Source: Octopus bimaculoides (lineage: Eukaryota). Taken from it: 64,000 bases of DNA. Location: assembly GCF_001194135.2 (NCBI RefSeq), contig NC_069000.1, forward strand, positions 41,553,536 through 41,617,535, given 5' to 3'. Each line of letters starts with the position of its first letter. The stretch's first letter is position 1. Positions 39,472-52,600 of this stretch are shown here, piece by piece. The notes under the pieces were generated by a model. The model was not told the DNA's origin. It saw only the letters and a list, made by a program, of their open reading frames with translations, and did not search any database. Position numbers and translations under genes: made by a program.

Positions 39472-42400
39472 GTCCGTCTGTCTTTGTCTTTTCCACCATC
39501 GCTTGACAACCGATGCTAGTGTGTTTACGCCCTATAACTTGGCGGTGCAGCAACAGAGACCAATAGGATGAGTACAAAGTTTACAAGGAATAAGTCCCAG
39601 AGTCAATTTCTTTGACTAAAACCCTTCAAGGCAGTGCTCCAGCATGGCCCCAGTCAAACGACTGAAACAAGTAAAAGAATAAAAGAACACATATGCATGC
39701 ACCCTGAAGCATCTGCAGATACAGAAAGAGGTGTGTGTGTCTTTGTGCTTGATGCCCTCCATTGCTTGGCAACCGGTGTTGGTGTGTTTATTGCCCCGTA
39801 ACTAAGCAGTTTAGCAAAAGAGAACAAACAAATAACTACCAGGCCTGGAAACAAATAAGTTCTGGGGGACAATTTGTTTGATTAAAAGATTTCTTCAAGA
39901 CGGTGTCCTAGCATGGCCACATTTTAACTGACTGAAACAAGTAAAAGGTGAAAAATAATAAAAAGAGAAAATAGAAAATTAAAAATACAAAGAGAGAAAA
40001 ACAACTTACACGAACTGAATTTTTCCATACAACATCTTCGACTCGACCCAAAGATTCGTGTAAGAATTGGCCTGTGAAAATAAATTATTTACAACTAATG
40101 CAACCGAGTTTCACAAAGCAACACCAAGACAAAATGGCACTAACACACACACACACACACACACACAAACAAAACTCAAAAAATTTTTTAAGAAGAACGT
40201 TGCAATCAACAAGAAGGTGAATCTCAGCGATTCTTTTTTGTGCGCACAGTTTGTGACAAGCCATACTTTTCTTTTGCTGGGCTCAAATCTCATTTGAGGA
40301 ACCATGAAAACCAAACCTCCCCCAACCACTCTGCCCATATGTGTACACCTGTCGATGTCATATGGATGGACGGGCGGGCGGGCAGACAGGCAGACAGACA
40401 GATAGATAGATAGATAGATAGATAAAGATATGAACTTACAAAATTAGACCAGCGAACATCACAGTCGACTGGTTGGAGTCGACAGAGGAATATTTCTACA
40501 GCTTGGTAAGGCACACGAGCAAACTGGTCAGGTATTGTGTACAGATTGCAAACCGGGTGTTCTTCGGTCTTGCCAATATCAACAAAGAACAACTGGAGGA
40601 GAAGGAAGAGGGTGAAGAGAAGTGAGTACATGTTAAAGAAAGGTGGGAGGGAATTAGAAATAAAAGGAGAAATGGAGATGCAAAACGTAAAAGATACATA
40701 AAATACAATAAAACAAATGAACTTAAGTCTACTCACTGAAGGCTGACCAAGGGTTAAAGAACAACAACTACTATGATAACAATGATTATGATGATGGTGA
40801 TGGCCACAACACAACACTCAAAGGTCAACAAGCCCCGAACGTCCAGTGATCAACTTGTATATACTTACGGTCACTGTGTTTTTCGAAGCACAATTGTTCA
40901 GTTTAGACACCGTCACACTGTAAAGAACACAAAAAATGAAAATTAAAACTAAGAAGAAATTGATAGCAATCATACGATTGGAAATGGAAGGAAAGAAGTG
41001 CCACAGCAGCAGTTTCCCAATGTCATGTAACTCACACATAAAAAGCACCTTTCAAGTACTGGGCCTCACGGGGTCAATGTCCAATGACCAAGACCTTTGG
41101 CAATATGCCATGCTTGAGCAGAAGACGCATCAAGCCAAGTGACATCATAGTCATGGCTGATGCCAGTGTCATGTAACTGGCATCCGTTACACTCTGTAAA
41201 GTGGTTGGTGTTAAGAAGGACATCCAGCCAGAGAAAGCATGCCAAATCAGTCTGGAGTTTGGTACAGCCCCTCAGCTTACCAGCCCTGGTCAAACAGTTG
41301 AACCCATGCCAGAATGGACAACGGACATTAAATGATGATGATGATAATGATGATGACCTGTTCCTGCCATTCTCCACTCTATGAAATTAACCCTTTTGTT
41401 ACCATATTTCTGTTGAGATGCTCTGTGTTTCTTTCAATTAATTTTAAATATAACAAAGAATTTAGTAAAATAACTTAGTTATCATTAGGCTAGGAACATA
41501 AATTGTGACTAAGGTTTGGTGGAAGATTTTAATTCAGGACTTTTGAAAACAAAATATTTCTACTAGAGTCAGAGGCAGTTTCAGGTGGGTTGGTATCAAA
41601 AGGATTAAGAATTGTTTCNNNNNNNNNNATGAAATTAACCCTTTTGTTACCATATTTCTGTTGAGATGCTCTGTGTTTCTTTCAATTAATTTTAAATATA
41701 ACAAAGAATTTAGTAAAATAACTTAGTTATCATTAAGCTAGGAACATAAATTGTGACTAAGGTTTGGTGGAAGATTTTAATTCAAAACTTATGAAAAGAA
41801 GACATTTGTACTACAGAGCCAGAGCTGGTTTCAGCCAGAGCCGGTTTCAGCCAGAGCTGGTTTCAACCAGAGCCGGTTTCAGCCAGGTTGGTAACGAAAG
41901 GGTTAAAGAAATAAGCCTCTCCCTCCCCACATGGTTATTAACAAGAAAGCAAATATGAAGATTGCGTCCATATATAATTCTTCTGTCTACATCATAGAGT
42001 TGGACAAGTTTAACAAATGTTAAGTGTATTCTTCTTCTTCTTTGTCATCATCATCATTTAAGGTTTTGTGTTCCATGCTGGCATGGGTTGATGGAGCATC
42101 AGACTTACAGACAATATTAATAATTTCAAATCTTTCATGAAAAAAAAATGTGTCTGGCCATGGGGAAAATATTACCTGACTTGGAAACAGGTGAGAGTTT
42201 GTGACAGGAAGGGCATCCAGCCACGGGAAATCTGCCACAACAAATTCTGTCAGACCCAGTAAGTATGAGAAAAGTGGATGTTAAATGATGACGACGTCTA
42301 TAAATATATACATCATCGCTTAACAGCCACCTTCCATATTGGAATTATTCATTTATTCTATTATTTGTCTCAGTCACCTGACTGTGGCCATGCTGGAGCA

Positions 42401-45400
42401 CCACCTTCAGTCGAAGAAATCCACCCCAGGAATTATTCTTTGTAAGCCTAGTACTTATTCTATTGGTCTCTTTTGCCAAACTGCTAAGTTATGGGGACAT
42501 AAACATACCAACACCAGTTGTCAAGTGATGGTGGAGAGACAAAGTCACACACACACACACAGATATATACGACAGGCTTCTTTCAGCTTCCGTCTACCAA
42601 ATCCACTCACAAGGCTTTGGTCAGCCTGGGGCTATAGTAGAAGACACTTGCCCGAGATGCCGCATAGCGGGACTGAACTGGGAACCATGTGGTTGGGAAG
42701 CAAGTTTCTTACCGCACAGCCACGCCTGCACCAATGTGTGTGTGTGTGTATGTATGTACGAACATATGTATGTGTATGTATGTATGTATTGTGATACTAA
42801 TAAACTGGTATAGAACTCAATATGCATGTTTCAGAATGAAGCATTAGTCGAGTACAGAGCAGTATAAGAGAAAAAGAGATGACAAAGGCATAAACAATTA
42901 TCTTATGCACTTCATTAGTTTACTGCACAACTGTTTCTGCTGTAAGATGCAGTGGACTTCAAACATTCAAACATGATGTGCAATTTGGGTTTCATGTTTT
43001 AGGCTCTGATGAAGGTGTAAGATGTAACTCAGACACTGAACTAAGAGTTCACTGCATTCTCATAGTGGAAACGACTGTAAGCTAACAAAGTTCATAACAT
43101 AAATCATTTATTCTTTTGTCATCCCTTTTTTTCTTATATACATATGTGTGTCCAGACAGATGGATGGCTGGGTAGGTAGATAGATAGATATATATATGGA
43201 GAGAGAGAGAGAGACAGACAAACAGACAGATTAAAGCAGAGAAGAAAAGGCAAACAGTTTGCCGAGATTTGCCAAGGACATTTAACTTAGCTATAAAAGA
43301 CTTGCCTAACCATTTGCTTCTTCATTTCTGTTTTAATCTATACCTACCAGGAAGGCAGTGAGCTGGTAGAAACGTTAGCATGCTGGCAAAATGCTTAGAA
43401 ATGGTTAGCATGCCGGCGGTAAGCTGGCAGAACCATTAGCACGCCAGGCAAAATGCTTAGCGGCATTTCATCTGCCGTTACGTTCTGAGTTCAAATTCCG
43501 CCGAGGTCGACTTTGCCTTTCATCCTTTCGGGATAAATAAATTAAGTATCAGTTACGCACTGGGATCAGTCTAATCGACTGGGCTCCTCCTCTAAAATTT
43601 CAGGCCTTGTGCCTAGAGTAGAAAAGAATTTATACCTACCAGCTCAAGGGGAAGTCACTTCTAGCTGCTTTAGAAAGGCAGTCACAAAATCACATGTTCT
43701 ACTGCAGTTCAAACTAAAATTTTAGTGGCATACCTATTTGAGCGCTTAGAATGAACATCTATTCATTTGAATCACCCTAACACAAACACCTCCTATTTTA
43801 TATATATATATATTTATGTATATAAATACACATGTACACATATACATATATACATGCATAGCTATGTGAACACAGGCACCTATACATATATACATACATA
43901 CACAAAGTCAATTCTGTGAATGTGTGCCCACTTTGAATTACAAAAAGATACTAACCGAAAGAATCCTTTTGATGTGTTAACTGTACACAGGATTCCAATT
44001 TCCAGTTTCTCTGTGGGATAAATAATTAAGAAAAGAAACAAAGAGAATAACAATTAAATAAATATGCATGAAAAACAAGCAAACAATACATTTATTAATG
44101 TGCACTATTCTAATGTATATGAATGAAGACAGTTGCATCAGGAAGTGCCGATCTCTAATCGTGGAAAGAATGTGTGGAATAGGTAGATCCAGGAAGACAT
44201 GGGATGAAGTGGGAAGAAAGTCAAAGAGGGGATGACAGAGAACCAAGATTTCTAGAGGTTTGTGAGCAGCGCTCCAGCTGGCCAGCACCTGTCAAACTGT
44301 CCAACCCAAGCCAGAATGGAAAACAGACATTAAATGATGATGATGCTATTTGATTCTGCTAAGGTGGCATGCTGGCAGAAACGTTNNNNNNNNNNGCCGG
44401 GCGCGTCTGTCTTTACGTTCTGAGTTCAAATTCATCCGAGGTCATCTTTGCCTTTAATCCTTTCGGGGTCAATAAATTAAGTACCAGTTGCGTACTAGGG
44501 TTGATCTAATCAACTGGCCCCTCCCCCAAAATTTCAGGCCTTGTGCCTATAATAGAAAAGGTTATTTGATTCTACTGGTGTAGTTGGACCCAGAGATGTT
44601 TAACTGTATACGTGTGCCTTTGGGTGGGCATGTATTGGATTAACTGTGCTTGTATTGGTTTCAGTAGACATATATTGGCTTGAGTGGACTCATTGTCTTA
44701 AGTGGCCATGTGCTGATATGAGTCATGGTTCCAGTGGATGTTTGTTGGTTTAATCCTGTTGCACCATAGTCATGCTGCAGCAGGGATAGCCTAAACGTTA
44801 TCTCTACCGGATTCCCATTACAACATATGTAGTCAAAAAGATGATAAAATGTGAAAAAATAGACAACCAACCATGTTGCAACTTTGGAGTCAAAGTCTGT
44901 TTTTGACTCATTGTTAATGGTGTCCCTCAGGCTGTTGTTTATTTTTGTTTTTAATTGATAAAAACCAATTTCATTTGCGATGAAACAAGTGTGTTATAGA
45001 CCCAACATTTTGTCTGGTAAACAAGCAAGATGTAGACGCTTTGCAGTCGGGGAAATTATGGATGATATTTATTCTTTGGATGAAGAGTTTATGCTTGTGC
45101 AGACAATCAAAGTGATTTGGACAAGCAAACTGGGGAAAGTGTTGAGGAAAGTAATGATTTGGGTGAATAAGTATGGTTGTTGAGAGATGAGCCTATCATT
45201 GTTATTCTCCTGAATTAATTTGTGATTCTGTCCATTAGTTTTCTTGCAATCATTATTCTTGTGCTGTGTATGCAACTATTTATATTTTTACTCAGGAGCT
45301 TAAGTGGAGGGTAAAGTTAGGCATAGGGGACCGGGTGTGAGAAGGTTAAGCAGACGTGTTGGCCCAAGAGGACAGTTGTTAGCTTATGAGAACGTACAGG

Positions 45401-48011
45401 CTTGAGTGGACATGTATTGCTTTGAAGCAGATTGCTGTTTAGTGCCAGAGAGAGGATTTTAGTGGTGGTACTTGGTGTTACAATTACACATACAGTCAAC
45501 AACAGAGCATTTGGATAAATGTTAGAAACATTTATACACATTTCTAATTTCTAGTGGCACGTAAAAGGCACCTGTGCCAGTGCTGTGTAAGAAACACCCG
45601 TGCCGGTGCCATGTGGAATATGGCAAGGCAGGTTAACTAGCAAGTTAGTTTTTGTTTGTGGCAGATGTTCAGGTGCAATAAAGACTGCAAACAAACAGGA
45701 AACAACTTCTATCTCATTCCAGGGTGAAAAACTAGAGGTAGTCGATAGCTTCCGCTATCTGGGCGACCAAGTTAGTAGTGGGGGTGGGTGCGCTGAAAGT
45801 GTAGCTGCTAGAATAAGAATAGCCTGGGCAAAGTTTAGAGAGCTCTTACCCCTGCTGGCGACAAAGGGACTCTCACTCAGAGTAAAAGGCAGACTGTATG
45901 ACACATGNNNNNNNNNNNNNNNNNNNNNNNNNNNNNNNNNNNNNNNNNNNNNNNNNNNNNNNNNNNNNNNNNNNNNNNNNNNNNNNNNNNNNNNNNNNNN
46001 NNNNNNNNNNNNNNNNNNNNNNNNNNNNNNNNNNNNNNNNNNNNNNNNNNNNNNNNNNNNNNNNNNNNNNNNNNNNNNNNNNNNNNNNNNNNNNNNNNNN
46101 NNNNNNNNNNNNNNNNNNNNNNNNNNNNNNNNNNNNNNNNNNNNNNNNNNNNNNNNNNNNNNNNNNNNNNNNNNNNNNNNNNNNNNNNNNNNNNNNNNNN
46201 NNNNNNNNNNNNNNNNNNNNNNNNNNNNNNNNNNNNNNNNNNNNNNNNNNNNNNNNNNNNNNNNNNNNNNNNNNNNNNNNNNNNNNNNNNNNNNNNNNNN
46301 NNNNNNNNNNNNNNNNNNNNNNNNNNNNNNNNNNNNNNNNNNNNNNNNNNNNNNNNNNNNNNNNNNNNNNNNNNNNNNNNNNNNNNNNNNNNNNNNNNNN
46401 NNNNNNNNNNNNNNNNNNNNNNNNNNNNNNNNNNNNNNNNNNNNNNNNNNNNNNNNNNNNNNNNNNNNNNNNNNNNNNNNNNNNNNNNNNNNNNNNNNNN
46501 NNNNNNNNNNNNNNNNNNNNNNNNNNNNNNNNNNNNNNNNNNNNNNNNNNNNNNNNNNNNNNNNNNNNNNNNNNNNNNNNNNNNNNNNNNNNNNNNNNNN
46601 NNNNNNNNNNNNNNNNNNNNNNNNNNNNNNNTAAAAGCACCCACTACACTCTCTGAGTGGTTGGCGTTAGGAAGGGCATCCAGCTGTAGAAACTCTGCCA
46701 AATCAGACTGGAGCCTGGTGTTGCCATCCGGTTTCACCAGTCCTCAGTCAAATCGTCCAACCCATGCTAGCATGGAAAGCGGACGTTAAACGATGATGAT
46801 GATGATGATGATGATGCCTGTACCATGTAAAATGCATCAGTGCCAGAGCTGTGTGCACACCACCCAGTGCCACTCTTTACAGTGGTTGGCATTAGGAACA
46901 GCATCCAGTCATAGAAGCCAAGTCAAATTAGACTGAAACCTGGTCAAGATCTCCAGCTTGCCAGCCCTGGTCAAGCTGCTCAACCTATACCAGCATAGAA
47001 AATGGATGTTAAATGATGATGATGATAGGTTTTTAAATAGAAACATATTTTTTAAACTTAGCAGTTTGGCAAAAGTGACTGATATAATAAGTGCTGAGAG
47101 GTCATTTGTTTGTCTTAAATTCTTCAAGGCAGTGTCCCAGTATGCTCACAGACTAACGACTGGAACAAATAAAAGATAAAAGACATGTAGATACTATAGT
47201 TAGAAGTATAAAATGCCGTAGAATATTGAGTACCTATGGAATGAAATATTTGGTTTCCTTTTCATATACCAATTGTTTGGTTCTTCCAGACAAGCTTTCT
47301 TTCCTACCTCAGTGCATTTTAGAAAAACAACTCTGGCTAACCACATCAAATTCAAGATAAAACAAATGATGAAAATGAAAATAAAATGACAAAAAAAAAA
47401 GACCTTACCCAAAGGTTTCTTGTTGGCCGGATCACAAAAGTGGGTGGCCATGCCGAGTGTAAGACTGGCCAAATCACTATGGACAGCAACAGACTTCTTT
47501 TGGCCTTGCCAGATTTCCAAGATCCTCCCAAAGAAGTGACTGGCTGACTTCACATGGAGGACCATAATCTGAAAGGTAAATATAGAAGAGATAACATGGA
47601 GAATTCCACAAGGTGACTCCACATGGGGGACCATAATCAGAAAGGTAAATACTGAAGAGATAACATGGAGGACCATAATCTGAAAGGCAAATATAGAAGA
47701 AATAACATGGAGGACTCTTCATGGAGGGCCATAATCTGAAAGGCAAATACTGAAGAAATAACATGTAGGATTCCTCATGGAGGACCATAATCTGAAAGGC
47801 AAATATTGAAGAAATAACATGGGAGGACTACAATCTGAAATGTAACAGAAATAAAGAACAAAGAGAGACATTATTTACATTTGACAGATATTTGTCCTCA
47901 TCTTGTTTGTTGTTTACACAACATTTCAACTCATGTACTCTCCACCCTTCATCAGGTGTCTTGGGGAAATTTCGAACCTGGGTTCTCATTCCTAACGTAT
48001 TTTTCAATATA

Positions 48012-48045
<34 letters not shown>

Positions 48046-48741
48046 TCACTGCCTGGAATCGAACTTGGAATCTTGGGGTTAGTAGCCCATGCTCTTAACC
48101 ACTACGCCATATGCCAGTGGGCAACAAACAAGATGAGGACAAATATCCGTGAAATGTAAATAATGTCCATAATTCCTCATCTCTTAAATATAGAACTAAA
48201 AGCTAGAGGCTTTCTCATGGAGAAGTGTAATCCGAAACAGAACTACAGGTAAAATATGTGGAGGGCTTAAAATGGGGTTAGGCTTTGCATTATCTTATTC
48301 TGCTCCTCGAAACAAGGCAGCAATTTTTTAAACTTTTTATTCTGGTGAGGAGTAAGATGTTTATAATTGACTAAATGTCAAGCCCCCAGTTCATGAATGG
48401 TATTTCATTTAGCCCTAACCACAACCCTTACAACAGTGATGGAGAGTAAAGTTGACTGTCATTGTGGGATTTGAACTCAAAATGCAACCAGAGCCATGAC
48501 CAATAACACAACGAGCAGCAGCAGCAGCAGTAGTAGTAGAATAACAGCAGCAGTAGCAGCACCTGCACCACCACCACCACCACCACTACTAATGCTTACA
48601 ATATTATCATTAGTACAAGCCAACGAGGAAGCACCTCACTGTGGTTGCTCCAATGGCTAAAAATAGCAGCCAAATTTATCTACTATTTTAAATAAAAAGG
48701 GAAGCAACATAGGATAATGTACTCTCAGGTCCTCTATTATG

Positions 48742-48774
<33 letters not shown>

Positions 48775-49570
48775 ACATTGTTTTAATAATGTCCGCTTTT
48801 CCATACGCACATAGTTGAGATAGAGTTCGTTGAGGCAATTTTTTTCTATGGCTGGATGCCCTTCCTGTCACAAATCCTCACCTGTTTCCAAATAAGGTAA
48901 TACTCCTCCGTGACCAGCTACGCTTTACCGGGAAGATTGGAAACAAAGGACACCGCCTGTATGACAGTGGCACTCATTTACAACTGCCATACAATGTCAA
49001 GACAAGGAGACACAAACACATGAATATTCATGTATGCATGTTTGTGTGTATATGGATGCATGTGTATATGTGTGGGGGGGGATGTATGTGTATGAGTGTG
49101 TATATGTATGCATGTGTGTATAAGTGTGCACACATGCATGTGTATGCATATGTATGCATGTGTGTGGAGGGATGTGTATGCATGTGTATATGTGTATGTA
49201 TGTGTAAATGTATGCATGTGGTTATATGTATGTGTATGTGTGCATAAATGCATATGTGTATATGTATGCACGTGTGTGGAGGGATACATGTGTATGCGTG
49301 TGTATAAGTGTGTATGTGTGTGGGGGTGTATGTGGGGAGTGTATGTGTATGTGTGTATATGTATATATGTAACAGGTGAGGGTTAGTGACAGGAAAGGCA
49401 TCAAGCCATAGAATACATGCCTCAGCAAATTCCATCTGACCATTGCAGGCATGGAAGACTAGACATTAAAAAAATGACAATAATGATGGTGGTGGTGGTG
49501 GCGATAATGGTGATGTTGTTGATAATGATGATGATGCTCTTGATGGTGGTGGTAGTGGTGATGGTGGGCA

Positions 49571-49618
<48 letters not shown>

Positions 49619-52600
49619 CTGGTGGTGGTGGTGGTGGTGGTGGTGATAATGGTGATGGTAGCGGTGGTGGTGAAGATGGTGACAATGACAATGGTGGTGG
49701 CAGCGGCAACGACAACGATAGTGGTGGTGGTGGTGGTGGTAGCGGTGATGGTGTTGATGATGATAATTGTGATGATAATGATGATGATTATGACGACGAC
49801 GACGACATCACTTACCCTCACATCTCCTTGATTAGGCAACAAGATGTGTTCGTCACTGCATCCATTCAAATCAACCTCTGGCAAAACGCTATGGCGCTGG
49901 TTGCAGTTGGAACAGCTCCTGAAACAGACAGAAGCACAACAAATACAGTCGTTACGGAACAAGAGAAGGAAGAGGTGTAGGAGAGGTGGACGGTACGAAT
50001 TGATACGCATAAGGAAGGTCCACTGGTCGATCCCACATGCAAATAACTGAAACAGACAAAAAGAATGAACCATACCTGCATTTTCCATACATTTTAATGT
50101 TATAACACAGAGCATTATCTGGGTTCCGTTCGTTCTCCTGGAAAAGAAAATAATAATGATAATAATAACAACAACAACAAGAGCACTCAGAGAGCGCAAA
50201 CCTCTGCAAAGGCAACACCAACGTTCTCTCAATGATTAGCCGGAGAGGAATTTTAAAATGAGAATATTTGAAATAAACTTGACTGCTCTCACAAATGAGA
50301 ATACTAAAAATGAACCTGACCGCTCTCAAAAATTAAGTAAAAAGAATCGGAAAAATAATCCGGAATCCTTGTCCGGTACTTGATCGATCCCAATGGTAGT
50401 CATGGAATATGAAGGTGGCTGAAGAAAATTTGGTAACAGTAATAAATAGTTTATCCTTATCTCATACAAGCCAAAGTTAACAAATTCACCATTCAAAATA
50501 GTTTCAAAGGTGGAGGTAATAATGATAAGGTCTAGTCAGGTATTTTTAAATGAATAGCATGAGACCTTTTCGTTTTCTCTTCTCTTAAATTCCGGCCTTC
50601 CTTTAGTATTCCTGCTGTTTTAGATTGATGTATAGATGTATGTATATATGTAAGTATACTATAGAGTGTTAGTGTTATTTAATTTCTGAACGGTTTTGCT
50701 GCCATTTGTTTATGTAGTTTGATTTCTTTCTCCGTCATTTTCTACGAAGATATAGACGCGAGTAAAATTAATAATAGAGAAACAAAAATAAAAAAATCTA
50801 GGAAGTCTAAAGGAAGATGATGACTGTGAAAGACTTGAAAGTTAACATAAGATCATAATCATGAATTAATGCAGAATGCAGTAGCAGGATACAGTGTTAG
50901 AATAAGAAGAGAATGCAGTGGCAGAATGAATACTTACTTCTTGTATTACAGAGAAAAATTTGATGGTTTCATCCCTATGTTGACCGCTGCTGTTGTTCAA
51001 CAATAAAGACTTTAGACTTTTCACTTTCTTTAAATCCATCTTACTCATCAGTATGTAAGATTTACCAAGTCGCAAAGGCACCTGGGAAAAAAATAATGCC
51101 TCAAATCTTTAAGTCAAATGAGAAAGAAGTCCCTATATGGTTTTTAGACATGCTAAAAATAACAACTAATACACGTACTAATCAGGTTCTTAGAAAATTG
51201 AAGAACAAAGTGAATATTTCAGTTTTAGTCTGTCGTTACCAATTGTCACTGAATACTCAGAGTGGCTGAATAGTTTAAGATGTTTGCTTTGCAACCACGT
51301 AGTCCTAGACTCAATCCTGCAAGGTGACATCTTGGGAAAGTGTCTTCAACCACAGTCGTGAACTGAACCAAGGTTTGTGAATGAAACTAGATAGATGGAA
51401 ACTGTATAGAAGCCTGTCAGATGGGCTATCATCAGCAGTCATGCCACGTGCATGGATCCCTGTGATTCTCAGTCACCATCCAATTCTTTGAATTGGGAGC
51501 CTGAGTCGTGATGATTCTTTCATTAGCTGATTACACAATCATGGACGCTGCCCTTATGGGTGAGCTGCAGTTACTCTGTTGACAGAGCTTAGTTCTCCTG
51601 ACCCTTGATCTTCTAGCATCAATCTAAGAAGAGTACAGTTGGCTCAGTTGAGCCCTTATGCTGTTTCTTCTCAATCTGTTACACTGTAGTCCTAAGTGGA
51701 ACAAATGTTAGGCTCTGCCAAAAGGCAGCCCGTAAATATAAGGGGCACAAACGTCACTCCATGAGGTATTTTCAAAATATTTGCATACCCGTAGATGGAC
51801 TATAACTCAATTTAAAAGTCGAACCTCATCACAGACTATGGATGGTTAAATTATAACAGTTATTATAGTGCATTGTTGTGCCATTCAAGACACATTATTT
51901 TTTACAAATAATATACAATGCTTCAAGCAAACTACAATACTCTCCTATTTGTTACTAAGTGATTTGAATATAAACTTTACACCAAAATATGATAATTTAT
52001 GTTCTAAATACTTGTGCAATCCTTTTGATACAAATCCAACTATAACTGCCCCTAGTTCTATTATACAAATTTCCTGTTTCAAAAAAGATTTTAATTTAAA
52101 CCAGCCAACAAATTTTATGTTAAATTATGTTCCAAATACCAAAGGAAAGACACACACACACACACACACACAATGTGAATGTACAATACATGTATGTATG
52201 TATCGTATGTATATACATACATATGTATGTGTATGTCTGTGTGTCTGTGTTAGTCAAACCCCACCACTGTTTAAGAACAGGTGTTGGTTTGTTTACACCT
52301 CTGTAACTCAGCGGTTCAGCAAAAAAAACTGATACAATAAGTCCCAGATTTAAAATAGAGTGATAAATAAATACTGGGGGGGGGGTCAAACTGTTCGAGT
52401 GAAACGCTTGAAGACAGTGCTCCAACATGGCCAGAGTCCAATGACTGAAGCAAGTAAAAAACAAAAAAAACAAAGTAAAAGATTGACAGAAAAAGACAAA
52501 CAACAAACAAATAAACAAGAGAAAGTCTTCCGGTTATTAATCTGTACTTACCGTTTTATCATTGTAATGGGGATAATATTTACTCATTGTCTGCATTCTT

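Noticed and set aside
44580-45540. Unique-looking stretch possibly from a Penelope/LINE ORF on the minus strand
   Set aside because: Only a vague SIISPTAKRLHLAC resemblance and many stops; cannot be supported without a search
47233-47336. Open frame ARVVFLKCTEVGKKACLEEPNNWY... as the next Tudor exon
   Set aside because: Weak splice sites; exon 43956-44010 fits both phases and gives a proper Tudor sequence
48978-49435. His/Thr/Cys/Val-rich and poly-I/poly-M ORFs here and throughout
   Set aside because: Translations of (CA)n, (TA)n, (AAT)n, (GAT)n and (ACC)n microsatellites
50047-50075. Alternative acceptor duplicate (tgtctgtttcag) within the zinc-finger intron
   Set aside because: Would leave a 29-nt intron, too short
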